Below are positions 27,344 to 36,518 of a DNA stretch of 64,000 nucleotides, in pieces. Below the pieces are notes generated by a model that made no database searches, was not told the DNA's origin, and was given only the letters and a program-made list of their open reading frames with translations. Every line of letters starts with the position of its first letter. The stretch's first letter is position 1. A program made the translations under genes and the position numbers. The stretch is from positions 73,899-137,898 of the forward strand of contig CALNZI010000006.1 of NCBI GenBank assembly GCA_942491275.1. Reading direction: 5' to 3'. The stretch is from Minisyncoccota bacterium (GTDB lineage: Bacteria; Patescibacteriota; Minisyncoccia; Phycocordibacterales; UBA9973).

Positions 27344-28597
27344 ATGAGAATATTAGCCATAGAAACATCCTGTGACGAAACAGCTCTCGCAATTATAGAA
27401 ACAAAGAAAATTGGGTCCGAAGTGAATTTTAAAATTCTAGGAAATGACCTTTCTTCTCAAATTGATATTCATACACAATATGGGGGTGTTTTCCCGATGA
27501 TGGCTAAAAGAGAGCATGGAAAAAATATTATACATATTCTTGAAAAAGTACTACGAGAAGCAAAAATGTATAAATTACAAAAAACTTCTATCTATGATAA
27601 AAAAATGGAAAATAAAATTAGTAAAATTATCAATAGAGAAAATGAAATAGAAGATAGATGGATAAAAATAATGCCATTTATAAAAAAACCAAAAATAGAT
27701 GCCATTGCCGTAACAACAGGGCCTGGGCTTGAACCAGCTCTTTGGGTCGGAATTAGTTTTGCTAAAGCATTGAGTACATATTGGGATGTTCCCATCATTC
27801 CAGTTAATCATATGGAAGGTCATATTTTTTCTATCTTTCCTAAAAAAGGAAAAACTTTCATCATTGATAAAAAAGAAAAAATGTTTCCAATGTTATCTCT
27901 CCTTGTTTCTGGAGGACATACTGAATTAATTTTAATTAAAGACTGGCAGAAATATAAAAAAATAGGACAAACTCGTGATGATGCTGCTGGAGAAGCCTTT
28001 GACAAAGTAGCCCGGATGTTAGGACTTCCTTATCCTGGCGGACCAGAAATTTCAAGACTAGCAAAGGAACGCAGGGATATTCTTTTAGGAAGCCTCACGC
28101 AGGCTGACGAGCCGAGTGCGAGCAAAAAATCTAGCAAGATTTTATTGTGTGCTGACGAAAAGAATATCCCTAGTGACGGTATAAACTTCCCTCGTCCAAT
28201 GATTCATTCAAAAAATTATGATTTTTCTTTTTCAGGATTAAAAACAGCAGTTCTTTATTATCTAAGAGATAATAAAATTTCAGAAAAAGATAAACCAAAA
28301 ATAGCAAAAGAATTTGAGGATGCAGTTATAGAAACATTAGTTCACAAAACAATAAAAGCAATTAAGGAATATAAAATTAAAACACTAATTGTTGGTGGCG
28401 GAGTTTCAGCAAATAATTATCTAAGAGAAATGATGGAAGAAAAAAATAAAAAAGAAAAATTAAAAACAAAAATACATTTCCCATCAAAAAAATTAAGTAC
28501 AGATAATGCTCTGATGATTGCCGTCGCAGGATATTTCCAATACAAAAAAGGAAAAAAATATGGCAAACTAAAAGCCAACGGAAATTTGTCATTATAA
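27344..28597 (+). CDS. tsaD: tRNA N6-adenosine threonylcarbamoyltransferase (Kae1/TsaD family) with two insertions
   Basis: 417 aa. MRILAIETSCDET, HMEGH, VSGGHTE, GGVSAN. Confidence 0.9.
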   Translation: MRILAIETSCDETALAIIETKKIGSEVNFKILGNDLSSQIDIHTQYGGVFPMMAKREHGKNIIHILEKVLREAKMYKLQKTSIYDKKMENKISKIINRENEIEDRWIKIMPFIKKPKIDAIAVTTGPGLEPALWVGISFAKALSTYWDVPIIPVNHMEGHIFSIFPKKGKTFIIDKKEKMFPMLSLLVSGGHTELILIKDWQKYKKIGQTRDDAAGEAFDKVARMLGLPYPGGPEISRLAKERRDILLGSLTQADEPSASKKSSKILLCADEKNIPSDGINFPRPMIHSKNYDFSFSGLKTAVLYYLRDNKISEKDKPKIAKEFEDAVIETLVHKTIKAIKEYKIKTLIVGGGVSANNYLREMMEEKNKKEKLKTKIHFPSKKLSTDNALMIAVAGYFQYKKGKKYGKLKANGNLSL

Positions 28598-28641
28598 AAA
28601 GAACTATTTTAATTCAGCTGTAAAAATGCTATATTTTATAG

Positions 28642-30837
28642 ATGAAAGAAGAACAGCCCAACATCAACCCTAAATTTTTAGAACCATATAATCCTCAGGA
28701 AACTGAAGATCGAATCTACAAACTCTGGGAAGATAGTGGGTTTTTTAATCCTGATGTTTGCGTAGAAAAAGGAATAATTGATGAAAAAGCTGAACCTTTC
28801 TCCATTGTATTACCTCCACCCAACGTTACAGGAACACTTCACATCGGACATGCTTCAATGTTAACCATTGAAGATATTATGGTTCGTTTTGCTCGAATGC
28901 AAGGAAAAAGAACCCTTTGGCTTCCTGGAACAGATCACGCGGCTATCGCGACACAATCAAAAGTTGAAAAGATTTTAATGAAAGAAGAGAAAAAAAGAAA
29001 AACAGATCTAGGAAGAGAAGAATTTTTAAAAAAAGTTAATACCTTTGCTCAAGAGAGTCATGACACAATTATAAGTCAGATGAAAAAAATTGGAACATCT
29101 GTTGATTGGTCTCGAGAAGCATTCACCCTAGACGACAAAAGGACTCTCGCAGTTCGTACTGCCTTCAAAAAAATGTACGATGATGGCTTAATTTATCGTG
29201 GACATAGGATAGTTAACTGGGATCCAAAAGGGCAAACAGTTATTTCGGATGATGAAATAATCCACGAAGAAAGAAAAGCTAAGATATATACCTTTAAATA
29301 TAGTTCAGGCTTCCCTATTTCAATATCAACAACACGTCCTGAAACAAAAGTCGGAGATACAGCTGTAGCTGTTCATCCCGATGACCGTCGGTATAAAGAA
29401 TATATAGGTAAAACTTACACTATAGAAAATTTCTGTGGTGTGAAATTAGAAATAAAAATTATTGCTGATCATTCGGTAGAAAAAGATTTCGGAACAGGAG
29501 CCCTTGGAGTAACTCCTGCTCACAGTCAAATAGATGCGGAAATCGCTCAACGACATAATTTAGAAAGTAAGCAGGTCATTAATGAATTTGCAAAAATGAC
29601 CGTAGGGGGAGAAGAAATTTTAGATAAAAAAACAACAGTAGCCAGAGAAGCAATAGTTCAGTGGTTAATAAATGAAAACCTTCTAGAAAAAGAAGAAGAA
29701 ATTATACAAAATATATCTACAGCCGAAAGAACTGGAGGAATAATAGAACCTCTTCCAAAATTACAATGGTTCATTGATGTTAATAAACCAATAATAAATC
29801 GTGACAATAAAACATTAAAAGAACTAATGCTAGACGCTGTTCGAAATAAAAAAATTGATATTATCCCTAATCACTTTGAAAAAGTTTATTTCAATTGGAT
29901 AGAAAATTTAAGAGATTGGTGTATCTCTCGCCAAATATGGTATGGACACCAAGTCCCTGTTTGGTATAAAGAAAAAGAAATATATTGTAATATTGAAGCT
30001 CCAAATGAAAAAGGTTGGACTCAAGATGAAGACACTTTAGATACCTGGTTTTCTTCTGGACTTTGGACTTTTTCCACTTTGGGTTGGCCAGACCTAAATT
30101 CTGAAGATTTTAAAAAATATCATCCAACAACTGTTTTAGAAACTGGATATGACATATTATTCTTCTGGGTAGCTCGAATGATTCTAATGAGTACCTATTT
30201 AATTGGAGAAATTCCATTTAAAACAGTCTACCTCCAAGGTATAGTTCGTGATGCCCAAGGGAGAAAAATGAGCAAATCTCTAGGTAACGCTCTAGATCCA
30301 CTGGAAGTTAGTGAAAAATATGGAGCCGATGCAGTTAGAATGTCTCTGATTATTGGCACCGGCCCTGGTAATGACAGTAAAATGTCAGAAGATAAAATAC
30401 GTGCCTATAAAAATTACGCCAATAAACTTTGGAATATCACCCGTTTTGTTTTAAGTAATACGACTGATGTAAAATATGATGAGAAATTCGAAAAATATTC
30501 AAAAGAAGATTTAAAATTACGAAAAGAAAGACATTCGGTTTTAGTAGAAATAACTAAAGATATGGATAATCTTCGATTCTACTTAGCTGGAGAAAAAATT
30601 TATCAATATACTTGGGCTCGTTTTGCCGACGTAATCATCGAAGATAGTAAAAAAATATTTGAAAACGGAAATAAAGATCAAATAGAATCAAGAAAACAAT
30701 TCCTACTCCATACACTGGTAAAAATATTAACAGTCCTTCACCCTTTTATGCCTTTCGTTACTGAAGAAATATGGTCCTTGCTTCCCGTTGAAAATAAAAA
30801 ATTATTAATGGTAACAAAATGGCCTATTGTAAAATAA
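28642..30837 (+). CDS. valS: valine--tRNA ligase (short form)
   Basis: 731 aa. PPPNVTGTLHIGHA and KMSKSLGN. It appears to lack the long C-terminal coiled coil of typical ValRS. Confidence 0.9.
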   Translation: MKEEQPNINPKFLEPYNPQETEDRIYKLWEDSGFFNPDVCVEKGIIDEKAEPFSIVLPPPNVTGTLHIGHASMLTIEDIMVRFARMQGKRTLWLPGTDHAAIATQSKVEKILMKEEKKRKTDLGREEFLKKVNTFAQESHDTIISQMKKIGTSVDWSREAFTLDDKRTLAVRTAFKKMYDDGLIYRGHRIVNWDPKGQTVISDDEIIHEERKAKIYTFKYSSGFPISISTTRPETKVGDTAVAVHPDDRRYKEYIGKTYTIENFCGVKLEIKIIADHSVEKDFGTGALGVTPAHSQIDAEIAQRHNLESKQVINEFAKMTVGGEEILDKKTTVAREAIVQWLINENLLEKEEEIIQNISTAERTGGIIEPLPKLQWFIDVNKPIINRDNKTLKELMLDAVRNKKIDIIPNHFEKVYFNWIENLRDWCISRQIWYGHQVPVWYKEKEIYCNIEAPNEKGWTQDEDTLDTWFSSGLWTFSTLGWPDLNSEDFKKYHPTTVLETGYDILFFWVARMILMSTYLIGEIPFKTVYLQGIVRDAQGRKMSKSLGNALDPLEVSEKYGADAVRMSLIIGTGPGNDSKMSEDKIRAYKNYANKLWNITRFVLSNTTDVKYDEKFEKYSKEDLKLRKERHSVLVEITKDMDNLRFYLAGEKIYQYTWARFADVIIEDSKKIFENGNKDQIESRKQFLLHTLVKILTVLHPFMPFVTEEIWSLLPVENKKLLMVTKWPIVK

Positions 30838-30841
30838 ACTC

Positions 30842-31561
30842 ATGTCAGAATTTTTTAAAGAATCAAAACATTTCTTTCTCGCAATTCTAAGTGGAGCAAT
30901 CCCCGCAATATTTTGGCTATGGTTCTGGTTAAAAAATGAAGACGATAAAAATCCTGAACCCATTGGTTTAATTATCTTAACTTTCATAGTTGGAGGTCTT
31001 TTGGTTTTTATAGCTATTGCTATGGAAAGATATTCTTTACATTTCATTACTGATAACACATTCCAAATTATTGCTTGGGCTACAATAGAAGAACTTCTAA
31101 AATTGGGAGGAGTTATGCTTATCTTGTATGGAAGCCATATTGTTAACGAACCAATAGACTACCCTATGTATTTTATTGCTTGCGCCCTTGGATTTGCAGC
31201 CTTTGAAAATATTCTTTATTTAGTTGAACCCCTTAAAACCAACGGTACCGTTGTTGGATTACTAACTGGTAATTTAAGGTTTCTAGGGTCCACTCTGCTC
31301 CATGCCATAGCCAGTGGAATGATAGGAAGCGCTCTTGGTTTAGCTTATTATTTAAAAAGATTCCGTCAAAGATACATCATAATAGGAATTCTTTCGGCTG
31401 TCATGTTGCATAGTGCCTTTAATTTTTTTATAATGAAAGGAAGCGGCGAAAACTTTCTTGGTATTTTCGGATTCCTTTGGGTCGTTGCGATTATTAACAT
31501 TCTTATTTTTGAAAAATTAAGACGTATGGGAAAAAGTTCAACCCCATATATAACACAATAA
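30842..31561 (+). CDS. PrsW-family intramembrane protease-like protein
   Basis: 239 aa, polytopic. Contains EELLK and later HAxxxG / HSAFN motifs. Confidence 0.55.
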   Translation: MSEFFKESKHFFLAILSGAIPAIFWLWFWLKNEDDKNPEPIGLIILTFIVGGLLVFIAIAMERYSLHFITDNTFQIIAWATIEELLKLGGVMLILYGSHIVNEPIDYPMYFIACALGFAAFENILYLVEPLKTNGTVVGLLTGNLRFLGSTLLHAIASGMIGSALGLAYYLKRFRQRYIIIGILSAVMLHSAFNFFIMKGSGENFLGIFGFLWVVAIINILIFEKLRRMGKSSTPYITQ

Positions 31562-31570
31562 AAAAATATT

Positions 31571-32077
31571 ATGAAAAAGAAATCATTTTTAGAACGTCTA
31601 ACTGGTGGGATCCGAATGGAAGATGAAGAAACAGAAGAAAGTTTCACCCCTTCTAATCTAACTAAAACAATTAGCACTATAGAAAAAGAAAAAGATTCTT
31701 CTGATACCAAAGAAGAAAATAAAGAGCCTAAATATGAAGAAGAAATGGATGCTGAATTAACAGTGGATCTTTATCAAACACCAACGGACATTATAGTCCA
31801 AACAATGGTGGCCGGTGTACAGCCTGAGAATCTATCAATTACTATCACTCGAGATATGATTACCGTCCGTGGTAAGCGTGAAGAGAATCAATCAATTAAT
31901 GAGGAAAATTACTTTGTTCAAGAATTATATTGGGGTTCTTTCTCAAGAACAATATCTTTACCAGAAGAAGTTGATCCCGAAGAAGCAGAGGCTATAGAAA
32001 AACATGGTTTATTAATTATAAAACTACCAAAGATAAATAAAGACAAAGAAACAAAATTGAAAGTTAAATCAATATAA
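31571..32077 (+). CDS. Hsp20/alpha-crystallin small heat-shock protein
   Basis: 168 aa. The C-terminal ACD pattern (..VDLYQT..ITVRGKRE..SFSRTISLPEEVD..GLLIIKLPK) is seen after an acidic N-terminal tail. Confidence 0.8.
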   Translation: MKKKSFLERLTGGIRMEDEETEESFTPSNLTKTISTIEKEKDSSDTKEENKEPKYEEEMDAELTVDLYQTPTDIIVQTMVAGVQPENLSITITRDMITVRGKREENQSINEENYFVQELYWGSFSRTISLPEEVDPEEAEAIEKHGLLIIKLPKINKDKETKLKVKSI

Positions 32078-32088
32078 ACAACACAAAA

Positions 32089-32124
32089 ACACACCCCCTT
32101 TATTTATTAGGGGGTGTGTTTTTG
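32089..32124. terminator. bidirectional intrinsic terminator
   Basis: acacaccccc/gggggtgtgt stem (32089-32098 / 32110-32119) followed by a T-run. Sits between convergent genes. Confidence 0.75.
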
Positions 32125-32129
32125 TATTG

Positions 32130-32879
32130 TTATTTCTTTCCTCCTAGATTCGCAAATCCCTCTAAGGCTCTAAGAGCTTCCATCGGAAGCATATAGACAA
32201 CTGTATTTGATTGATCTGAAGACATATCATTAACAGATTGTAATGTCCTTAAATGAAGAGCTCCTGGGGCAGCAGACATAATGTCTGCAGCTTTTGCCAT
32301 ATTTTGGGCTGCTGCTAACTCTCCTTCTGAAGTAATTATGACTGCTCTTTTTTCTCTTTCCGCTTCAGCTTGTTTCCCAATAGTTCTTTCAAGATCTGCT
32401 GGTAATGAAACATCCTTAAGTTCAACATTTTGAACATTTAAACCCCAAGCATCTGTTTCTTTATCAACAATCTCACGAATTCTGTCAGCGATTTTATCTC
32501 GACTAGATAATAATTCATCTAAAGTAACTTCACCAACAATGTTACGCATTGTTGTTTGGGCATATTGAGAAATGGCATGTCTGAAATTTTCAACTTCAAT
32601 AATGGCCTTCATCGAATTACTAACGTTATAATAAATAACAGCGTTAACCTTCACAGTAACGTTATCTCGAGTAATGGCATTCTGGTCAGGAACATCAACT
32701 GCTTTAACTCGAATGTCTACTTTTTGATATGACTGAAAAATTGGAACTACCAACCTCCATCCAGGCTCCATAATTCCAGTAAATTTACCTAAAGTGAACC
32801 TTACTCCTCTTTGATATTGATTTATCTGCCTTATACTAATAAGTATTACAAATACAATCGCCCCTATTACATATAACAT
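32130..32879 (-). CDS. SPFH/band-7 (stomatin/prohibitin-like) membrane protein
   Basis: 249 aa. N-terminal TM segment followed by an SPFH-type core and an A/E-rich coiled coil (KQAEAEREKRA). Confidence 0.85.
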   Translation of the reverse strand: MLYVIGAIVFVILISIRQINQYQRGVRFTLGKFTGIMEPGWRLVVPIFQSYQKVDIRVKAVDVPDQNAITRDNVTVKVNAVIYYNVSNSMKAIIEVENFRHAISQYAQTTMRNIVGEVTLDELLSSRDKIADRIREIVDKETDAWGLNVQNVELKDVSLPADLERTIGKQAEAEREKRAVIITSEGELAAAQNMAKAADIMSAAPGALHLRTLQSVNDMSSDQSNTVVYMLPMEALRALEGFANLGGKK

Positions 32880-32956
32880 ATTAATTAATTAGATTTATTG
32901 TTAATATTATATAAATTATACTAATCACCTCCAATAAAGGCAACTATATTATATTG

Positions 32957-33029
32957 TGCTTGGGGGCGGGCTCGAACCGCCGACCATTCGCTCTTCAGGC
33001 GAGTGCTCTACCAACTGAGCTACCCAAGC
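32957..33029 (-). tRNA. tRNA-Phe (GAA)
   Basis: Manual fold: GCUUGGG/CCCAAGC acceptor stem, GCUC..GAGC D arm, anticodon loop CUGAAGA, T arm GGCGG-UUCGAGC-CCGCC. One C-A mismatch at the base of the anticodon stem. Confidence 0.9.
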
Positions 33030-33190
33030 ATAATTCAACAACGTTTAATTTTTTAAAATACAATTTATCTCAAGACTTTGTTTTTCCCACCAAGACAGCT
33101 AACCAAGCATAATTCAACAACGTTTAATTTTTTAAAATACAATTTATCTCAAGATTTTGTTTTTCCTACCAAAACAGCTACCCAAGCATA
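33018..33190. repeat. 79-bp tandem repeat, 2 full units + 15 nt, each unit starting with the first ~12 nt of the tRNA-Phe gene
   Basis: Units at 33018-33096 and 33097-33175 (4 mismatches), plus 33176-33190. The motif agctacccaagca recurs at 33018, 33097 (one change) and 33176. Confidence 0.9.
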
Positions 33191-33222
33191 TCTAAATTTT
33201 AAAAAAAACTTTTTAAAATTTA

Positions 33223-33531
33223 CTAATTTACTCCTTTAATTAAATCCCTCCAACTTTCAACATTTAAAGTTTCTCCAATATTTTTAACCGCACTAATATC
33301 AGAAACTCCACCTGTATAAAGATTCAACACTCCTTCAAAATAGGGCTGGATAAAATAAAAAGCTCCAATTGCTGCTCCAATAATTACAAACCAATAAAGA
33401 ACTCTAGTTACTTGTGCCCAGCGTTGAAAATTCCGAACTTTTTTAAGAAGTTCATTATTTTCTTTAGATAGCTTTAAATTTTCTTCTAAAAGGTGCTTAA
33501 TATCAGGATCCATAAAAAAAATATACCACAA
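33223..33531 (-). CDS. hypothetical membrane protein (102 aa)
   Basis: Track ORF with one central hydrophobic helix. No family recognised. Confidence 0.45.
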   Translation of the reverse strand: MWYIFFMDPDIKHLLEENLKLSKENNELLKKVRNFQRWAQVTRVLYWFVIIGAAIGAFYFIQPYFEGVLNLYTGGVSDISAVKNIGETLNVESWRDLIKGVN

Positions 33532-33549
33532 TTATAATAAAATTAAAAG

Positions 33550-33621
33550 GTGCCCCCGGCAGGAATCGAACCCACATTTACTCCTTAGGACGGAACTGTT
33601 CTATCCATTGAACTACGGGGG
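33550..33621 (-). tRNA. tRNA-Arg (CCU)
   Basis: Manual fold: GCCCCCG/CGGGGGC acceptor stem, anticodon loop GUCCUAA, T loop UUCGAUU. There are several G-U pairs in the stems. Confidence 0.8.
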
Positions 33622-33680
33622 CAAAACAAAAACACCATTACTGGTGTTTTTATAATACTTTATTCTAAAATAAAATACCA

Positions 33681-33920
33681 CTATTCTTCAATCCCGAGAA
33701 ATTCAACAATTTGAGGTTTATTAAAACCAACTGTCATCTTTTCATCAATAATTATAACAGGAACACCCATTTGACCACTCTTATCAATCATCTCTTGCCT
33801 TTTTTCTAAATCTTGGGAAACATCAAAATCTTCAAATTCTAAACCTTTTTCTTTAAAAAAATCCTTGGCCATATGACAAAAATGACATGTAGGCGTACTA
33901 TAAATTGTTATTTTACTCAT
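33681..33920 (-). CDS. glutaredoxin/NrdH-like small redoxin
   Basis: The CHFC active site in YSTPTCHFCHMAKDFF is a thioredoxin-fold pattern. The likely start is MSKITIYS (ATG 33920); the track ORF starts 7 codons earlier. Confidence 0.75.
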   Translation of the reverse strand: MSKITIYSTPTCHFCHMAKDFFKEKGLEFEDFDVSQDLEKRQEMIDKSGQMGVPVIIIDEKMTVGFNKPQIVEFLGIEE

Positions 33921-34049
33921 AATTTTATTTTTTACTCCCACATCTATATTTTTATTGTAGATAAACCTGTGTTGAAAACTATAAAAATATGGGCACAGGA
34001 ATTTATTAATTAATAAATTTTAAACTAATATAATTATAACACAACTTTG

Positions 34050-34120
34050 TGCGGGATAGGAGAATCGAACTCCTGTCTCAACCTTGGGAAGGTCGCGTGC
34101 TGCCACTATACCAATCCCGC
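34050..34120 (-). tRNA. tRNA-Gly (CCC)
   Basis: Manual fold: GCGGGAU/AUCCCGC acceptor stem, anticodon arm CGACC-UUCCCAA-GGUUG, T arm with UUCGAUU. Confidence 0.9.
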
Positions 34121-34124
34121 ATTT

Positions 34125-34505
34125 TTATTTTTTAAAAAAACTCTTCAACCAATTCCAAAAACCGTGATCGCTTAGTTCTTCTGATCTAAAAGAGGTGTCT
34201 TCTTCGTTTTCAACAATAACAACCATCCTTTCATCTTGTTTAACAACTTGATATTTTTCTCTAATGATATCCTCTATTCCCTCTTCTGTTTGCATTTTAG
34301 CGATATCTTTTTTTAAAAATTCTTCGCGGTCTCTTAAAGATTCAATTTTTCCCAAAACTAATTCTTTTTTAATAGATGTTTCCCTCTCTTTTCTTACCAA
34401 ATCAGCAACTTGATAAATTAGAAATATTAATAGACCCAAAAGAAAAATCAGGGTTAGTGGTGAATATAATAAATTATTTTTACTTTTCTTCTTGAATTCA
34501 ACCAT
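34125..34505 (-). CDS. FtsB/DivIC-like septation protein (TM + coiled coil)
   Basis: 126 aa. One N-terminal TM helix followed by a heptad-rich segment. The call rests on architecture only. Confidence 0.4.
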   Translation of the reverse strand: MVEFKKKSKNNLLYSPLTLIFLLGLLIFLIYQVADLVRKERETSIKKELVLGKIESLRDREEFLKKDIAKMQTEEGIEDIIREKYQVVKQDERMVVIVENEEDTSFRSEELSDHGFWNWLKSFFKK

Positions 34506-34640
34506 AAAAATCTATATAATTAATATTATGTTTTTTAGCGAAAAAGGTCAACGAAAAGTAAGGGTGGCATTCGGAATCATTTCAGTTCTAGTAATAGTAA
34601 GTATGATTTTGCTTTACCTTCCTATTTTCTAAATAAAAGA

Positions 34641-36479
34641 TTAATTATCTTTATTCCTCATCATTTTTAAGAATACCTCGTGAGAGATGTTCATTTTCGC
34701 GTTAGCTTGTTGTCTCTTTTTCCCTTTCTTTTGCTTTTCAAGTAACTTCTTTTTACGACTAACATCTCCTCCTCCTACAACCTTACTTCCATGCATTAAG
34801 ACATCCTTACGAAAAGCCGAAACAGACTCTGAAGCAATTATTCTTCCTAGGGCTTTACCTTGAACTTTAAAAGCAAATTGTTGACGAGGAATAATTTTCT
34901 GCAATTTCTCCACCTGGGATCGAGCTTCTTCTTCAACTTTACGACGAGAGACAATTCGAGTGAAAGCTGGCATTATTTCATTAGCAACCACAATATCTAA
35001 TCTCACAACATCTGCTTCTCTGTAATCTCCAATCTCATAGGAGATGGAAGCATAACCAGAAGTAATACTCTTTAAATCATCAAAAAAGTTCCTCATTAGT
35101 TCTCTTAAGGGCATTTCAAAATCAATGGAAGATCTATTGTCTCCAAAGTTTTCAGTTACAGCCACAATTCCTTCGTGATCATAAATAAATGGCATTAAAG
35201 AACTTAAATATTCAGAAGGTACAATAATTTTTGAATCCACCCACGGCTCAAAAACCTTTATAAGATTCCCGTCGTCGGGGAAAAGATGCGGCGAATAAAT
35301 TATTTCCTCCTTTCCTAATTCTCCTGCCCGAGAAGTTCCCTTACGACAAAGCACCTTATAGGTGATGGATGGCATTGTCACAATAAGTTGTATATCAAAC
35401 TCCCGATTTAATCGTTCGGTTATAATCTCAAGATGAAGCATTCCAAGAAAACCACAGCGGAAACCTCTTCCTAGGGTTCCTGAAGATTCTTCTTCATAGG
35501 AAAAAGATGAGTCTGAAAGACGCAATCTACTTAAAGCTTGTTTTAAATCTGGGAAATCATCCTGACTCTCTGGATAAATAGAAGCCCAAACAACTGGCTT
35601 AGGATTCATATATCCAGACAAAGCTTTCATTGGATTTTTTAAATAAGTTATAGTATCACCTACAGAAGCAATTCCTGGTTTCTTAATTCCTGTAACGATA
35701 TAACCAATTTCTCCAACTTTTATTGATTCTTTAGGTTCTTCTTCTGGAGAAAAAGTTCCTACCTCAAGGGAAATAAATTTTTCTTCAGAAACAGCAAAAA
35801 CAAGAGGTGTCCCCTTTTTAAATTCTCCCTCCACTACTCGAACATAAACAATAACTCCACGGTGATTATCATATTTAAAATCAAAAACAAGAGCTCTCCC
35901 TGTGGATTCAATCTTTTCTTTATTGATTGGATGAGGAATCTGTTTAACAACCTCCTTTAAAAGATTTTCCACTCCTTCCCCTGTTTTTCCAGAAACAAGC
36001 AGAATAGAATCTGGATCAATATCTAGCATTAAAGCTACTTCCATTTTTACTTCATCAACTCTAGCCAAAGGAGAGTCTACTTTTGAAATTACAGGAATAA
36101 TAACTAACCCTATATCACGAGCAAGTTGTAATGTAGTAAGAGTTTGAGCCTGAACGCCTTGAGTTGCATCCACAAGCAATATGGAGCCTTCTACGGCCTT
36201 CAAAGCACGAGAGACCTCATAGGAGAAGTCTATGTGGCCGGGTGTATCAATAAGGTTTAATATATATTTTTGATCACCAACAAAATGCTCCATTCTAACT
36301 GGCTGCATTTTAATGGTAATCCCTCTTTCTCTTTCAAGCTCCATCGAATCGAGGACCTGCTCTTTCATTTTTCTTTTTTCAATTGTCCCAGTTACCTCAA
36401 GCATTCGGTCAGCTAAAGTACTCTTCCCGTGATCAATGTGGGCAATGATAGTAAAATTGCGGATATTATTAATAAGCAT
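34641..36479 (-). CDS. lepA: translation elongation factor 4
   Basis: 612 aa. NFTIIAHIDHGKSTL, DTPGH and the LepA-specific C-terminal region. Confidence 0.95.
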   Translation of the reverse strand: MLINNIRNFTIIAHIDHGKSTLADRMLEVTGTIEKRKMKEQVLDSMELERERGITIKMQPVRMEHFVGDQKYILNLIDTPGHIDFSYEVSRALKAVEGSILLVDATQGVQAQTLTTLQLARDIGLVIIPVISKVDSPLARVDEVKMEVALMLDIDPDSILLVSGKTGEGVENLLKEVVKQIPHPINKEKIESTGRALVFDFKYDNHRGVIVYVRVVEGEFKKGTPLVFAVSEEKFISLEVGTFSPEEEPKESIKVGEIGYIVTGIKKPGIASVGDTITYLKNPMKALSGYMNPKPVVWASIYPESQDDFPDLKQALSRLRLSDSSFSYEEESSGTLGRGFRCGFLGMLHLEIITERLNREFDIQLIVTMPSITYKVLCRKGTSRAGELGKEEIIYSPHLFPDDGNLIKVFEPWVDSKIIVPSEYLSSLMPFIYDHEGIVAVTENFGDNRSSIDFEMPLRELMRNFFDDLKSITSGYASISYEIGDYREADVVRLDIVVANEIMPAFTRIVSRRKVEEEARSQVEKLQKIIPRQQFAFKVQGKALGRIIASESVSAFRKDVLMHGSKVVGGGDVSRKKKLLEKQKKGKKRQQANAKMNISHEVFLKMMRNKDN

Positions 36480-36518
36480 AGCCCAATACTACCAAAAAAT
36501 CCCTAAAAACAGAAGAGA

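Noticed and set aside
33018-33190. Possible CRISPR-like or spacer-containing array next to tRNA-Phe.
   Set aside because: It is a plain head-to-tail 79-bp tandem duplication with no unique spacers, only about 2.2 units, and no cas genes.
34528-34632. A 34-aa hydrophobic mini-ORF (MFFSEKGQRKVRVAFGIISVLVIVSMILLYLPIF*) between the FtsB-like gene and lepA.
   Set aside because: It has no SD, is on the opposite strand to all its neighbours, and is too short to support without comparative or expression data.
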